A stretch of 63,265 nt of DNA, filler included, from Chrysochromulina tobinii (taxonomy: Eukaryota): the NCBI GenBank assembly GCA_001275005.1. It is 11 parts of 11 records of this genome, joined end to end, with 100 filler letters (N's around TTAATTAATTAA, not from the genome) between each part and the next. Parts side by side here need not be neighbours in the genome. Positions count along the whole stretch, not along the records: positions 13,269 to 29,961 come from JWZX01000433.1; positions 30,062 to 33,735 come from JWZX01000434.1; positions 33,836 to 38,683 come from JWZX01000435.1; 8 more parts are not named here. The stretch is one strand, 5' to 3'. Of the stretch, positions 25,411-36,800 are shown in pieces. The position numbers were made by a program, and so were the translations under genes. The notes under the pieces are model-generated. The model did no database searches. It was given only the letters and a program-made list of their open reading frames with translations, and was not told where the DNA came from. Positions within the stretch are counted from its first letter, which is position 1; each line of letters begins with the position of its first letter.

Positions 25411-26646
25411 CTACCAGAACAGCGGGATCTCGAAGCCAGCGTTCTTCAGCACGGTGTCCGCCTCGTAGGCCACTTGGACCATCTGGGAATCGTAGACCTT
25501 CTCAGGACCTCCGCGCGGTCGTGCCCGGATGTCCTGCCCAAGCAGCGGCTGCAGCTGCCCGTAGAGCAGCACGTCGTGGAGCGCCGCCAGATGCTGCACC
25601 GCTGGGTTGTACGCCTTGAAGCCATGGCGAGAGGCCTGGCAGTAGGTGCAGCCCAACCGGCGGACGAGGGCGAGCGCCGCCTCGGGCTCGGCCTCGAGCT
25701 CGGCGAGCAGACGACGCGCCGTCTCGGGCGGCTCGTTGCCCATCGCCGGATTAGGCAACTCGAGGAGAGCTGCCAGCGCGGTGATGCCGCTGTCCGCTGC
25801 AAACGGCGCGGACTCGATCGCGGCTCGTACAGCCGCGAGCTCGCGCAGCTTGTTCTGCGCCTGGTCCGCCACGGCCGCGACGTTGAGCTTGGCTTTCCAC
25901 GCCGACATCGCGGCGATCGTCACAAACCAGAACGCAAAGGCTGCCATCGGGGTGTCGCCACTCGCCTCGAGGACTGCCGAAGGCGCGGGCGGCCTGCCCT
26001 GCACGTACTGCGCCAGCACGCCGCCAAGCCGACCCTCAGCAGCCCCCACCTCCTTGAATAATGGCGTGTCAAACAGCTGCGCCGACTTGACGGCGCGCGC
26101 TCGCGCGTCCCGCAGGGTGGCCGCGCGGCGCGTGTCGCCAGTGTTGTCGGCGCGGAGCATGTCGGCAGTGAGGCGGTAGAAGAAGCGGTAGTCGAGCAGG
26201 TCGCGATTGGCCTGAACAAACATCTCCAACGCGTCGCCTTCCGTCCCACCAGCTGCGGCAAGCAGGGCGGCGAGGACGCTCTCGTAGGTTGGCGACGCAG
26301 CCAGGGAGCCCACGCGTTGGTTTGCGAGCACCTCCCGCGAGGCGAGCTGGAAGACGGGCTCGCACCCCGCGAGGACCGTCATCACAGTGCTCCCGACGGC
26401 TGTCATTGTGCCCCCGACGGTCTCATCGTCACCCTGAGAGACTGCATCGTCGGCGCCCCTGTCATCGCTGCCCTTTCGCTTCGTCTTTCCTTTTGCAGCA
26501 ACCTCCTTCTTCTTCTTGATGGCCATCAGGCACGGTAACGCACGAGAGGCGGCTGGCCTCTTCAGCAACTCAATGGCATTCGTCGGGGCGAATGCGGCCG
26601 CATGCTCGAGGAGCAGGAACACGACCACGAACTGACGCGCACTCAT
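25411..26646 (-). CDS. Plastid-targeted protein of unknown function (about 411 aa)
   Basis: MSARQFVVVFLLLEHAAA-FAP signal with an ASAFAP-type cleavage motif and transit peptide; helical body ending EIPLFW. Confidence 0.75.
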   Translation of the reverse strand: MSARQFVVVFLLLEHAAAFAPTNAIELLKRPAASRALPCLMAIKKKKEVAAKGKTKRKGSDDRGADDAVSQGDDETVGGTMTAVGSTVMTVLAGCEPVFQLASREVLANQRVGSLAASPTYESVLAALLAAAGGTEGDALEMFVQANRDLLDYRFFYRLTADMLRADNTGDTRRAATLRDARARAVKSAQLFDTPLFKEVGAAEGRLGGVLAQYVQGRPPAPSAVLEASGDTPMAAFAFWFVTIAAMSAWKAKLNVAAVADQAQNKLRELAAVRAAIESAPFAADSGITALAALLELPNPAMGNEPPETARRLLAELEAEPEAALALVRRLGCTYCQASRHGFKAYNPAVQHLAALHDVLLYGQLQPLLGQDIRARPRGGPEKVYDSQMVQVAYEADTVLKNAGFEIPLFW

Positions 26647-26845
26647 CACGAGGGCACACAATCGTATCTCGCGGCTTGAGATGCGCTGCCCCGTGTCGGC
26701 GTCTAGGTGCACAGGATGATCTAAGGTCTCACCGGAACGTACCAAACGTGGTGACGTCCAGGGCGGGGCGTCTTGCTTCGGTTTCAGTGTAGGGAACAGA
26801 CGCGATCTCGCGGAGGGAGCTCTCCGCCTCGCAGGCCGGCGTGCT

Positions 26846-29198
26846 ATGCTTCTTGTCCTCGCGATGTGCACGCTGCTCGGGAGCGTGAGTGGCGCACGCA
26901 ACGCTGCGTCGCGCATCATGCAGCAGCGGGGGTTTGGTCTTTCCACCTCGCTGGCGATGGAGGATCGTGCGGCCGTCGTGCGAGCCGTTGGCCGCAGCCG
27001 CAGCCGCTTCCTCGCAAATGCTCGTGGCATGATCGTGCCAACCGTGGCGGAGGGCGTCTCCGCCGCAAAGATGACGGCGACGATGCCACTGTCCAATGCA
27101 CCTGGCCCGTCGCTCGCCGAGCTCGAGGCGGCGGCCATCGAGGCCGAGGCGGCCGCGGCGGAGGCGGAGGCGGCCGCGGATGCCGCGGAGGCCGAGGCAA
27201 AGGCCGCCGCGCAGGCGCTGGCCCAGATGGAGGCGGCGGCGGGCGCGAGTGCCGGCGGCGCATCCGCGCTGGCGCTTGATGCGGCCGCGCTCGCCGATCT
27301 CGAGGCGCAGATTGCTGCGCAGGGCAACGTGGTGCGCGAGCTCAAGACGGCGCTCAAGGATGGTAAGGCGGAGAAGGCGGCGGTGGACGCGGCGGTTGGG
27401 GTTCTAGTCGCGCTGAAGGCGAAGCTGCCGGCCGAGGCGGCGGTGGCCGCGCCCAAGAGCAAGAAGGAGACCAAAGCCGCCGCCCCGGCCGCCGCCCCGA
27501 CCGCCGCCCCGACCGCCGCCCCGGCCGCCCCGACCGCGAGCGCGCCGGCGACGGTTGGCGGCGATGGCGGACTCGCGGTCTCGATTGACGACGTCATTAA
27601 CGTGTGCAAGCGGCGCGGGATCATCTTCCAGTCCAGCGAGGTGTACGGCGGGTACGCGGGCTTCTGGGACTACGGCCCCCTGGGCGTCGAGCTGCGCGCC
27701 AACATCAAGCAGGCATGGTGGCGCGACATGGTCCATCGGAGAGATGACGTGGTTGGCCTCGACTCCTCCATCATCGGCTCGCCCAAGATTTGGAAGGCCT
27801 CAGGGCATATCGACGGCTTCTCGGACCCGATGGTAGACTGCCGGACGTCCAAGCTGCGCTTCCGTGCCGATCAACTCTTTTGGTCACGCGCCGAAGTCGA
27901 TGGGCAGCTCCTCGGGTACGTTTCGCTGCTCGAGACGGATGACATGGATGAGCTCGTGCTCGAGGCGGCGACCAAGCTGCAGCGCAAGGCGGGGCTGCGT
28001 GGCACTCTGAGCTGCACGCCGGTCAAGGACTTTACCGAGGCCAGCGACGAGGAGCAGTCCCTCGTCCCCTCGCCCGCTACGGGCGAAGCAGGCTCCCTCA
28101 CGCCGCCGCGCGCCTTCAACTTGATGTTCCAAACGAACGTTGGAGCCATGGTCGACCAATCGTCGGTCGCGTACCTCCGGCCGGAGACTGCGCAGGGCAT
28201 CTTCACGAACTTCAAGAACGTGGTCGCGACGGGGCGCGTCAAGGTGCTCCCATCGAATGATCTCCGATGACCTCGGATGACCTCGGATGACCTCGGATGA
28301 CCTTCGATGACCTCCGATGACCTCTGATGACCTCTGATGACCTCGGCTGACCTCTGATGACGGCGGGCGCGTGCAGGTGCCCTTTGGGATCGCGCAGATC
28401 GGGAAGGCCTTCCGCAACGAGATCACACCTCGTAACTTCATCTTCCGCTCGCGAGAGTTCGAGCAGATGGAGATTGAGTACTTCATCGACGACCAGGACG
28501 CCACCTGGCCCGTCGAGCACGAGCGCTGGCTGCAGACTATGTGGAACTGGCTCAAGTCGATCGGGCTGCGCGAGGACCTGATGGCGCGCGACGTGCACGA
28601 GAGTCACAAGCTCGCCCACTACGCGCGCGCTTGCACCGACATCATGTTCACATTCCCATTCGGGACCCAGGAGCTCATGGGCTGTGCGGCGCGCGGCAAC
28701 TTCGACCTGACGCAGCACGCGGCCGCCTCCGGCAAGTCGATGGAGTACTTCGATGACGAAACCAAGGCCAAATACGTGCCCCACGTCATCGAACCCTCGA
28801 TTGGCGTCGACCGTCTCATGCTGGCCGTCCTGTGCTCAGCCTACGCGGAAGATGAGGTGGGCGGGGAGAAGCGCTCTGTGCTCAAGCTCCATCCCCGCCT
28901 CGCGCCGATCAAGGCAGCGGTGCTCCCGCTGGTCAAGAACAAGCCCGAGCTCGTCGAGAAGGCGCAGGCGATCTACAAGCGTCTCCAGCGGCGCTACTAC
29001 GTGACGTACGATGACTCCGGCCAGATTGGTCGGCGCTACCGGCGCATGGACGAGGTGGGGACGCCGTATTGCATCACGGTCGACTTCGAGACCCTAGAGG
29101 ACGACAGCGTCACCATCCGCGAGCGTGACTCGACGCTGCAGCGCCGTATCAAGCTGCCCGAGCTCCTCGAGTTCCTCGAGGAGCAGATCGATGCCTAG
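26846..29198 (+). CDS. GARS: Glycyl-tRNA synthetase (alpha2 type, bacterial-like core), organelle-targeted, with WHEP domain; intron 28244-28376
   Basis: [69 protein letters not shown] and IGRRYRR.DE.GTP. Confidence 0.96.
28255..28361 (+). repeat. Intronic (GATGACCTCN)n decamer array
   Basis: About 10 tandem units filling the GlyRS intron. Confidence 0.9.
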
Positions 29199-30153
29199 TG
29201 AGGCAGCTCCTCGGACCTGGCACGATCTCGAATCCGAGCTGCTCGAGGCACTGGAAATGCCCCTCTGAGATCTGCTGAGTCTGCTGCGATCTGCTGCGAT
29301 CTGCTGCGATCTGCGGCGCACGCCGTGCACTTTGAGTGAGGTCTGACGGCGAGAAAGCCGCGGCTGCCCGCCCTCGTCGCGTGTAGCGTGCAAGGTGCAT
29401 GCCACATGGCGCTTCATACTACGTACACGTCGAAACACGTGCAAGGCCGAACACGCAACAGGCCAACACCAGCACCGGATCCGGAACAGGGCGGACACGC
29501 GGTGTGCCGTGTCGTGTGCTGCGTCGGTATGCGGTGAACGGTCGGTGTACGGCGAGCGAGACCGCTGAGACCGCGAGACGCAGAGACGGCAACCTAGAAC
29601 CGTTGACGCTCATGCGAGCTGCGAGACGCGCCACGCGACGTCGCTCGTCGGGACGCCGAGACCGGCGCCGGCGCGGTGTGATCACGGTGGCTGTGCGGGG
29701 CCGCTGCGCGCACACCGGTCTCGGTCCAACCTCCGGACGGGACGCCACCGCGGACTCGATCTCGGAGCGCGAGGAGCCGGACCGGACGGACGGCGGTCTG
29801 ACTGCTCTGTCCTCCGGACGTCCGGAGCCGAGCGCGCGTGTGGAGGTCGATAGTAGATGCGGCATGCGCGCGATTCATCAGTGTAAGGTACGCCATACGC
29901 AGCGTATTTTGTTTTTGCGTATTTTCAGCATTTTGCGTATTGCGTATTTTTGACCCGCATTNNNNNNNNNNNNNNNNNNNNNNNNNNNNNNNNNNNNNNN
30001 NNNNNTTAATTAATTAANNNNNNNNNNNNNNNNNNNNNNNNNNNNNNNNNNNNNNNNNNNNCATCTGGGCGAAATCCAGGAAATCTCACCTCCTTAGCGG
30101 CGCCCCGCTTGCTGGCCTGTTGCCAGTAGTCATGTAAGCGCGCCCCCCCCGGG

Positions 30154-30275
30154 ACGCGCCTGCATGAGCGCCGCTGTACTGTGTGGTCCTGTTTCTAATT
30201 CACACACACACACGCGCCTGCATGAGCGCCGCTGTACTGTGTGGTCCTGTTTCTAATTCACAGACACACACACAC
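30154..30275. repeat. 58-bp tandem duplication ending in (CA)n
   Basis: ACGCGCCTGCATGAGCGCCGCTGTACTGTGTGGTCCTGTTTCTAATTCACA at 30154 and 30212. Confidence 0.9.
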
Positions 30276-30520
30276 GCGCAAAAAAATGGGTTCGTCGGCC
30301 AAAACTATCGGGTCGCGCGCGCGCTATTTTCACGCGGGCGGTTAATCTCAGAGGCTTCCCTCCCGGTGTTCCAACGGGGGTGGGGAAGAACTTATTATCC
30401 AATAGCTCGTGCTTGACTTTTGGAAATTTATTTCCCAAAGTAAGGGAGTGACTGTGAATTAGACCATTTCCCTCGCTTTGTGACCATCGGAAAAAATCCA
30501 GTGGCACCCGCGCGTCCGTC

Positions 30521-33292
30521 ATGCCGCCGCGGAGCGTGACGAAGTGGTTGGAGATCGCCACGGCGCAGAAGTTGAGGCCGCTTTGGGCGAACGAGTTCAA
30601 GGATGTCCTCGTGCGCGCGAAGGTGAATGACATCGTGGCCGCGCGCGATCGTGATTCTTTTTCCGAACCGTGGCGTCGTGTCTTGCTGAAGAAGGTGAGC
30701 AAGACCACCTGGCTGCTGCTCGACGAGAACGGCAAGGCGCTTGATGAACCCGACTGCCCGTGCAGCGGTTTCACCGAGAAATCACTGCTCGAGGAGGCGG
30801 GCATGGACTACTACGACTTTCCATTCGATGATGTACCTCCTTGCGCGACCTCGCCGAGTGCGACTAACGACGACAAAGATGAGGACGACGCTCTGTGTGC
30901 TGCGGTCGACGCTTTCGTAAGCGCCAACGGCGCCAAAGCCGCCGCCGCCGCCATCACCACCGCCGCCGCCGCCACCAGCACCACCACCGCCGCTGTTGAT
31001 GTTCATGGCACCACCGTCGCCCAACCGGCAAACACCGCCGCCTCCCCTGGTGGTGATCATGCTGATGCTGCTGATGGTGCTGCTGCTGATGGTGTTGCTG
31101 CTGGTGATGCTGATGGTGCTGCTGCTGGTGGTGCTGGTGGTGGTGCTGGTGGTGGTGCTCATGGTACGGCTCCCGACAAGAATGACAATGACAGTGGCAA
31201 CGGCGGTGAAGGTGGCCACGAGAATGATGGTGGCGGCGGTGTCGACGGTGTCGGCGCGGGCGGCGCGGGCGGCGCGGTCGGCGCGGTCGGCGACGGTGGC
31301 GACGGTGTCGACGGTGGCGACGGTGTCGACAGTGGCGACGGTGTCGACAGTGTCGACGGTGGCGACGGCGGCGACGGTGGCGACGGCGGCGACAGTGTCG
31401 ACGGTGTCGACGGCGGCGGCGCGGGCGGCCCGGGCGGCGCGGGCGGCGGGGACGGCGGGGACGGCGGTGGTAATTTGGACACCTTGCGTGTGCGCCGGAA
31501 ATCGACAGGCGACACGGGCACCGTGCGCACTCGGGATGGGTGCAAGGATGCTTCCATACCGGCGCACAAGGCAGTCTTCCTCAAGGATGGTCGTGATGCC
31601 TTCATCTACAGCTTCAAACGGGATGAGTTCAGCAACGAGTTCGAAGTGCTGCTCGAGAACGACGACCCTACAACACCCCGTAGACGACCGATGCAGTTCA
31701 TCGGACAGTACCGAAGCACAGAGGGCAAGGTCCAAGGGGTGCTGATGGGCCAGTTTTCCAACTTCTCTGGTACAGCTCCCCTAAATATCCAGGATCTCGA
31801 GTTCTACTCTGGTACGATGTTCGAGGGCACCATGTTGCAGATCGGCCACAAGGTGATGGTGCATGCAGGAATAGCTGCTCATCGGCCTGCGAACGACTTC
31901 TACCTGGCGTTGATCTTCAAGTGCACGCACCAGAAGCAATGCCGTTACAATGCCCTGATCTATTGCGCCGAGGACAAGACCATGGTGCAGGTAGGCATGG
32001 CAAGCGTGCTGAAGGTTGAGCCGGAGGAGACTGCACCTTCGCACGTGATGGTGGAGATGAAGGACGTGCTTCTTGGCTCAGGTGGTTCAGGCGTGAAACT
32101 TTCTGACCCCAAAGTTGCCCAGCAAAAGAGCTTGCGTGCGACGAAGGCCTTTGTGAAGGCAGCGCAGGATAAGGCAGCGCAGTCAAAGGCAGCGGCGAAA
32201 GCCAAAGCGGCGGCAGACAAAGCGGCGGCAGACAAAGCGGCTGCAGCCAAAGCGCAGGAGGATGCTAGGAAGAGGGCAGAGAAGAAGAAGAAGAAGGAGG
32301 AGGGAGACGAGGAGGAGGAGGAGGCCAAGAAGGGCAAGGCAGGAGACGTCCGTCGCCTCGGCGCTACAGGCCGGACCGGTGCTGGTGGTGACGGGGGTGG
32401 CGGTGGTGGCTATGACGGCGTTGACGGCGACGGCCATGGTGGCTTCGGAACCCGTGGCCGAGCTGGAGATGGAACAGGCGGCGGCGGTCGTGGAACTGGT
32501 GGCGGCGGCGGTCGTGGAACTGGTGGCGGCGGCGGTCGTGGAACAGGCGGCAGCGGTGGTCGTGGAACTGGTGGCAGCGGTCGTCGTGGCGGTGCCTGCG
32601 GAACACACGATGAAGCTGGCACCTGCGACGGAGCTGGAGATGCTGCAACTGGCAGCGGCGGTCGTGGCGGTGGTGGTGGATGCGTAACCCGCGGGGGAGC
32701 TGAAGACGGAGGTGGTGGCAGACCTGGCGGCAGAGCTGGAAACAAAGATGGCAATCCCCTGGTGGAGCTCGCAGAGATGCGCCACGTCATTGAGATGCAA
32801 AGTAAGCAGATGCAGGAGATGCAGAGGCTCATCATGGCCAATGCAACGGCTGGTGGCAGTGGAAGTGGCAACCGCGGTGGTGGCTGGGGAGAATACGGCG
32901 TTGCGCAGCATGCCAACTTTGGGCCTAGCGGTGGCGGTGGCCGTGGCAACCGCGGTGATGATGGCTGGGGAGAATACGGCGTTGCGCAGCTTGCCAACTT
33001 AGGGCCTCGCAGTGGTGGTGGCGGTGTCAACCGCGGTGGTGGCTGGGGAGAATATGGCGTTGCGCAGCATGCCAACTTTGGGCCTAGCGTCAATTATGGC
33101 AACGGAAGCTCTACTGAACTGTTTGGCTCATCGTCGCGGGTTTGGCCTGGCAGAGGCTCGAAGCGAGATCATGAGACGTCGTACGAATATGCAAAGCTTG
33201 TCGCAGAGGCTTCAGAAGACGAAAGGAGTCGACGTGTGCGGATTGAAACGTTGCGGGCGCTTCAGGGGGGGTCGCAGCTCCCGTGGCTATGA
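30521..33292 (+). CDS. Intronless 923-aa protein of unknown function with Gly/Asp-rich linkers and a central globular region
   Basis: Long ATG-initiated ORF; complex segments at about aa 1-105 and 320-530; C-terminal triple repeat WGEYGVAQxANxGP. Confidence 0.7.
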   Translation: MPPRSVTKWLEIATAQKLRPLWANEFKDVLVRAKVNDIVAARDRDSFSEPWRRVLLKKVSKTTWLLLDENGKALDEPDCPCSGFTEKSLLEEAGMDYYDFPFDDVPPCATSPSATNDDKDEDDALCAAVDAFVSANGAKAAAAAITTAAAATSTTTAAVDVHGTTVAQPANTAASPGGDHADAADGAAADGVAAGDADGAAAGGAGGGAGGGAHGTAPDKNDNDSGNGGEGGHENDGGGGVDGVGAGGAGGAVGAVGDGGDGVDGGDGVDSGDGVDSVDGGDGGDGGDGGDSVDGVDGGGAGGPGGAGGGDGGDGGGNLDTLRVRRKSTGDTGTVRTRDGCKDASIPAHKAVFLKDGRDAFIYSFKRDEFSNEFEVLLENDDPTTPRRRPMQFIGQYRSTEGKVQGVLMGQFSNFSGTAPLNIQDLEFYSGTMFEGTMLQIGHKVMVHAGIAAHRPANDFYLALIFKCTHQKQCRYNALIYCAEDKTMVQVGMASVLKVEPEETAPSHVMVEMKDVLLGSGGSGVKLSDPKVAQQKSLRATKAFVKAAQDKAAQSKAAAKAKAAADKAAADKAAAAKAQEDARKRAEKKKKKEEGDEEEEEAKKGKAGDVRRLGATGRTGAGGDGGGGGGYDGVDGDGHGGFGTRGRAGDGTGGGGRGTGGGGGRGTGGGGGRGTGGSGGRGTGGSGRRGGACGTHDEAGTCDGAGDAATGSGGRGGGGGCVTRGGAEDGGGGRPGGRAGNKDGNPLVELAEMRHVIEMQSKQMQEMQRLIMANATAGGSGSGNRGGGWGEYGVAQHANFGPSGGGGRGNRGDDGWGEYGVAQLANLGPRSGGGGVNRGGGWGEYGVAQHANFGPSVNYGNGSSTELFGSSSRVWPGRGSKRDHETSYEYAKLVAEASEDERSRRVRIETLRALQGGSQLPWL

Positions 33293-33835
33293 ATCTCCAG
33301 TATGTCACACTAGTTCTCGATGCCGTCTCTCAGCAACTTGATACAAGGCTCTCCTCCTTAACTGGGGTTGGACCTGCGTCTGTCTGGAGCCGCGGCCTCT
33401 CGTGGACGAAGGGTGCGATCAATACTGTTGATGATTGACCTTGGGTTCAGCAGCCCCCTTGTCGCATCCTCATCGGTTCTATCCGCACCCCTACGATGAT
33501 GATAGGATTTTCACTCGGAGGGGTCAAAACATTTTTTCTGCGGGCCAAGTGGTACGACTAGGACATCGTCGCCGGAGCCAGGAGAGAGCGCGGGGGGCTG
33601 TATGGGCATCAAGGGGGGGGGATCATGATCAGAGCCAGAGCGCGGTGCTTATGGGCCACGCAACATGGGAATCATCGCGAAAGACATCTGTGTGGGCATG
33701 GTGCAACGAGGGCATCGTGATCGGAGCCAGAGCGCNNNNNNNNNNNNNNNNNNNNNNNNNNNNNNNNNNNNNNNNNNNNTTAATTAATTAANNNNNNNNN
33801 NNNNNNNNNNNNNNNNNNNNNNNNNNNNNNNNNNN

Positions 33836-36800
33836 CCGGGACAATGGAGTCGTCGGCGTACCATTCTTGGATGACTGCTCGGACAAGTTCGTCTCGACCT
33901 GGCAGCGGCGTGCCGGCCAGACAGCGTTCGAGCGCCCGCATCACGAGGCCAGCGCAGGGTAAGGACAAGAGGGGAGCTTCGACGCCGCCGATTGGTTCGC
34001 CTCTAAGCATCTTCGCGAGCCTCGTAGGTCCGCGTGCAGTCTTGAAGCACCGCGCATGGCGGCGCGAGTTTGAAGCAGTGCTCATGCGGCATGAGTCGGA
34101 CGAGCACCGGCGCGAAGTTGTCGAGAAGTACTGGACGGAGGCTTACCCGATCATCTACGACGAGGACGACGACGTCTGCATGGACGAGCGCGTGCACGAC
34201 TTGCTTATCAGGCGTCTCACGCCGGGGCGTCTCACGGAGCTGTCCAAAAAGATGAAGGAGAAGTTGGCAACGGGACTCGATGAGTTCACGGGCATGCTCG
34301 TCGACAAGGGCGGCGAGCAGCTGGCGGAGCTCTTCGCCAAGACTCTCATCGAGGAGCTCAAAGGCCTTTGCTTCGCTGAGTCTTGGATCACGGTGCACGC
34401 CACGCTCATTCCGAAACCTGGAAAGGACCGCTGCAAGCTGTCGGGCTGGCGAGAAATCTGGGTGCAGTCGCACCTATGGAAGATGGTCGTGGGCGCCATC
34501 CTACCGGAGTTGAGCGAGCTGATCAACAAGACCAGGCCATGGTGCAACGCGGGCTTCACGGAGCACCGCGGGTGCCCAGAGATGTCCCTCGCGCTCCGAT
34601 GCAGGATCGAGCTCGCGATGCTCTCACGCAAGGAGCTGCATCTATACTTCCAGGACTATTCTGTCTTCTTTCCCAGCCTGTCAAGACAGCTGGTCTCTTT
34701 CATACTCCACGAGATCGGTGTACCAACGGAAGCCATGCAGATCCTTCGCGAGTTCCAGGACACGGTCATGGGCTCGCGCGCCTTGCCGTGAAGACCGGAG
34801 CGTGCGCCCTCATCAATCTGCCCGTCGTCTGCGCCGCATGGCTTTTCCTCCGTGTTGGCGGCGGTTGAAGTTGGCGGCGCATCGGCCGCGCCCTTTGTGT
34901 CTGAGGCCTCCTCCGTGCCTTCTGCTGAGGTTCCCACTACTGCGCCCTTGGCACTGCCAACCGTGGCAGCTGGCCGTAGGCTCTGGGAGTCGGCCTCGAC
35001 ATCTGAAGGAGCCGCGCGTCGGGCGTGCTTGCCCTTGAGCATCCGCTCCTCGAGCACGGCCGCGATCTTCAGGTTGCAGATTCCAGCGATGTGGTCCAGA
35101 TGGCATTTCGCAGGTGCGCAGCAGCATTGAAGAAGCACGCGCTCGTCGCAATTCGTTACCATCTCAACAATGGCGTCGATCTCACCTGCGATGTCACCGG
35201 GCAACAGCCGGCCTGGCCCAGCGACCACATAGGCGAGTGGCAGTCTGTTCCGCTCGGCAACCTCGTAGGCATCTCTTTCGCCCTCGTACCACTCCGCATA
35301 GCAGCGGATGACCGTGTCGCGCAGGGACTCGTCCCTGCCATATCTGCGCCCATGCGGAAAGGGTTGCAGAGAAGGCTGCCTTCGCCGCGCGTGCAGCGCA
35401 GGTGCACCCGGCCCTTGTGCCTCGTTTCAGGCCAGAGATAGTTTCCGACCTCCACGTACGCGCCTGGCGGCGGCTCGTTGAGGGCGAGTAGCCTGACTCG
35501 CCTTCGCTCGCTACGTAGCTGCAGTCGCTCGCTGGCCGCGCGCTCAACAATGGAGAAGAGCGCGCCGCTCGCCTGAGCGCTGCGCCCTCCCAGCTCGCAT
35601 CCTCTGGGTTCTTTGAGAAGGTCGCGCACTTTGCCGGCGGCCTCCAGGTCAACGTTGCTCGCTCGGTTGGCCTCTTCAACGAGATTTGCGACAGCCTCGT
35701 CGCACGCCAGCCCCGTGAGGAGCCTGTCGCCTTCGCCTGAGCGCAGCGCGACCAAGGTGTTGCCCGGCCCCTTGTCCTTGCGTGAGAGAGCGCCCGGCCG
35801 CTCTCTCCTAATGATCGCCTCCGCCTGGCGTCCGAAGCCTATTTCTTGCTCCGACGCCTTTTCCAGTTGAGCGATGGCGTAGTCGAGCCTCGTAGTCGCT
35901 CGAATCTCATTGTACGCTGCCTCGGTGCGCTCAATAAGGACGGCCGCAATGGCCAGCTCCTTGGCCTTGATCAGATCTGGCGGTATATCTGTGGAGCCCG
36001 CCCCGTACAGATCTCGAACCTCTCGAATATCCACGTCACCCAGAATCTCCCAGCGCGTAGGCGGCCCCTTGCCGCCCTCGAAGTTGATGCTCGTGGCCCT
36101 GAGCTCGCTGGCAGACTGTAGGACCTGCTGCAGCGCCGTGATGCGTCGTCGCAGTCGCTCTCCGTCTGACTGTTTGCGCGCGTTTGTCGCCGCCGGTGCG
36201 CCAATCTCCTCGCGGGCGACGCGCTTGCAGGTTTCCATGAGAATTTCCGTTCTCGTTCCGTGCTTTAGCCTGAAGTCCATGCTTGCAGAGCGCAGTGCGG
36301 CTGCCGACTCCTCCTCGGTCAGGCCTCTCTTCTGTTTCCGGAGCTCGTCGAGCGCGCCCGTCTGCGCGAGTTCCCTTTTCATGTCGTAATCCCTAAGGCT
36401 CTCGATGGCCTCGGCCGTCACCCGATCTTGATATGCCGCCCAGCCTACCGGCTCCGCGTCCATCTCGTCGTTGAGCGGCCTCCTCTCGAAGAGCTCGTCG
36501 TCGCTCACCATCACGTCCGCGTCGTCCACAAGACTGCCCGCGCCAGTGTAGTCGCGCTCTGGGAGAGCATCCGCCCGCTCGGACGCCCTCTTTGCCAGTG
36601 CCTTTGCGCGCACCCTCGGTGCCATGGGCTGCTGCGGCATTCGACCCAGCTTGGGCTTCATGGATGAGCACGTCTGTACAAGCTCTGGAGCCACTGTGAC
36701 AATCTCGATCTCGACGGACAGGTGATACTGCTTCGAGCCGTGCACAAAGTGCGTGCCCGCGGCCAGGGCCTTGTCCATGCCTGGCCCTTGGAGAACGTGA

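Noticed and set aside
26647..27624. 5' extension of the 737-aa minus ORF
   Set aside because: Antisense shadow of GlyRS; the plausible start is ATG 26646 with a signal peptide.
33844..34791. Stand-alone plus-strand RT gene
   Set aside because: Only 34051-34778 is RT-like; it is the inverted middle of the minus-strand element.
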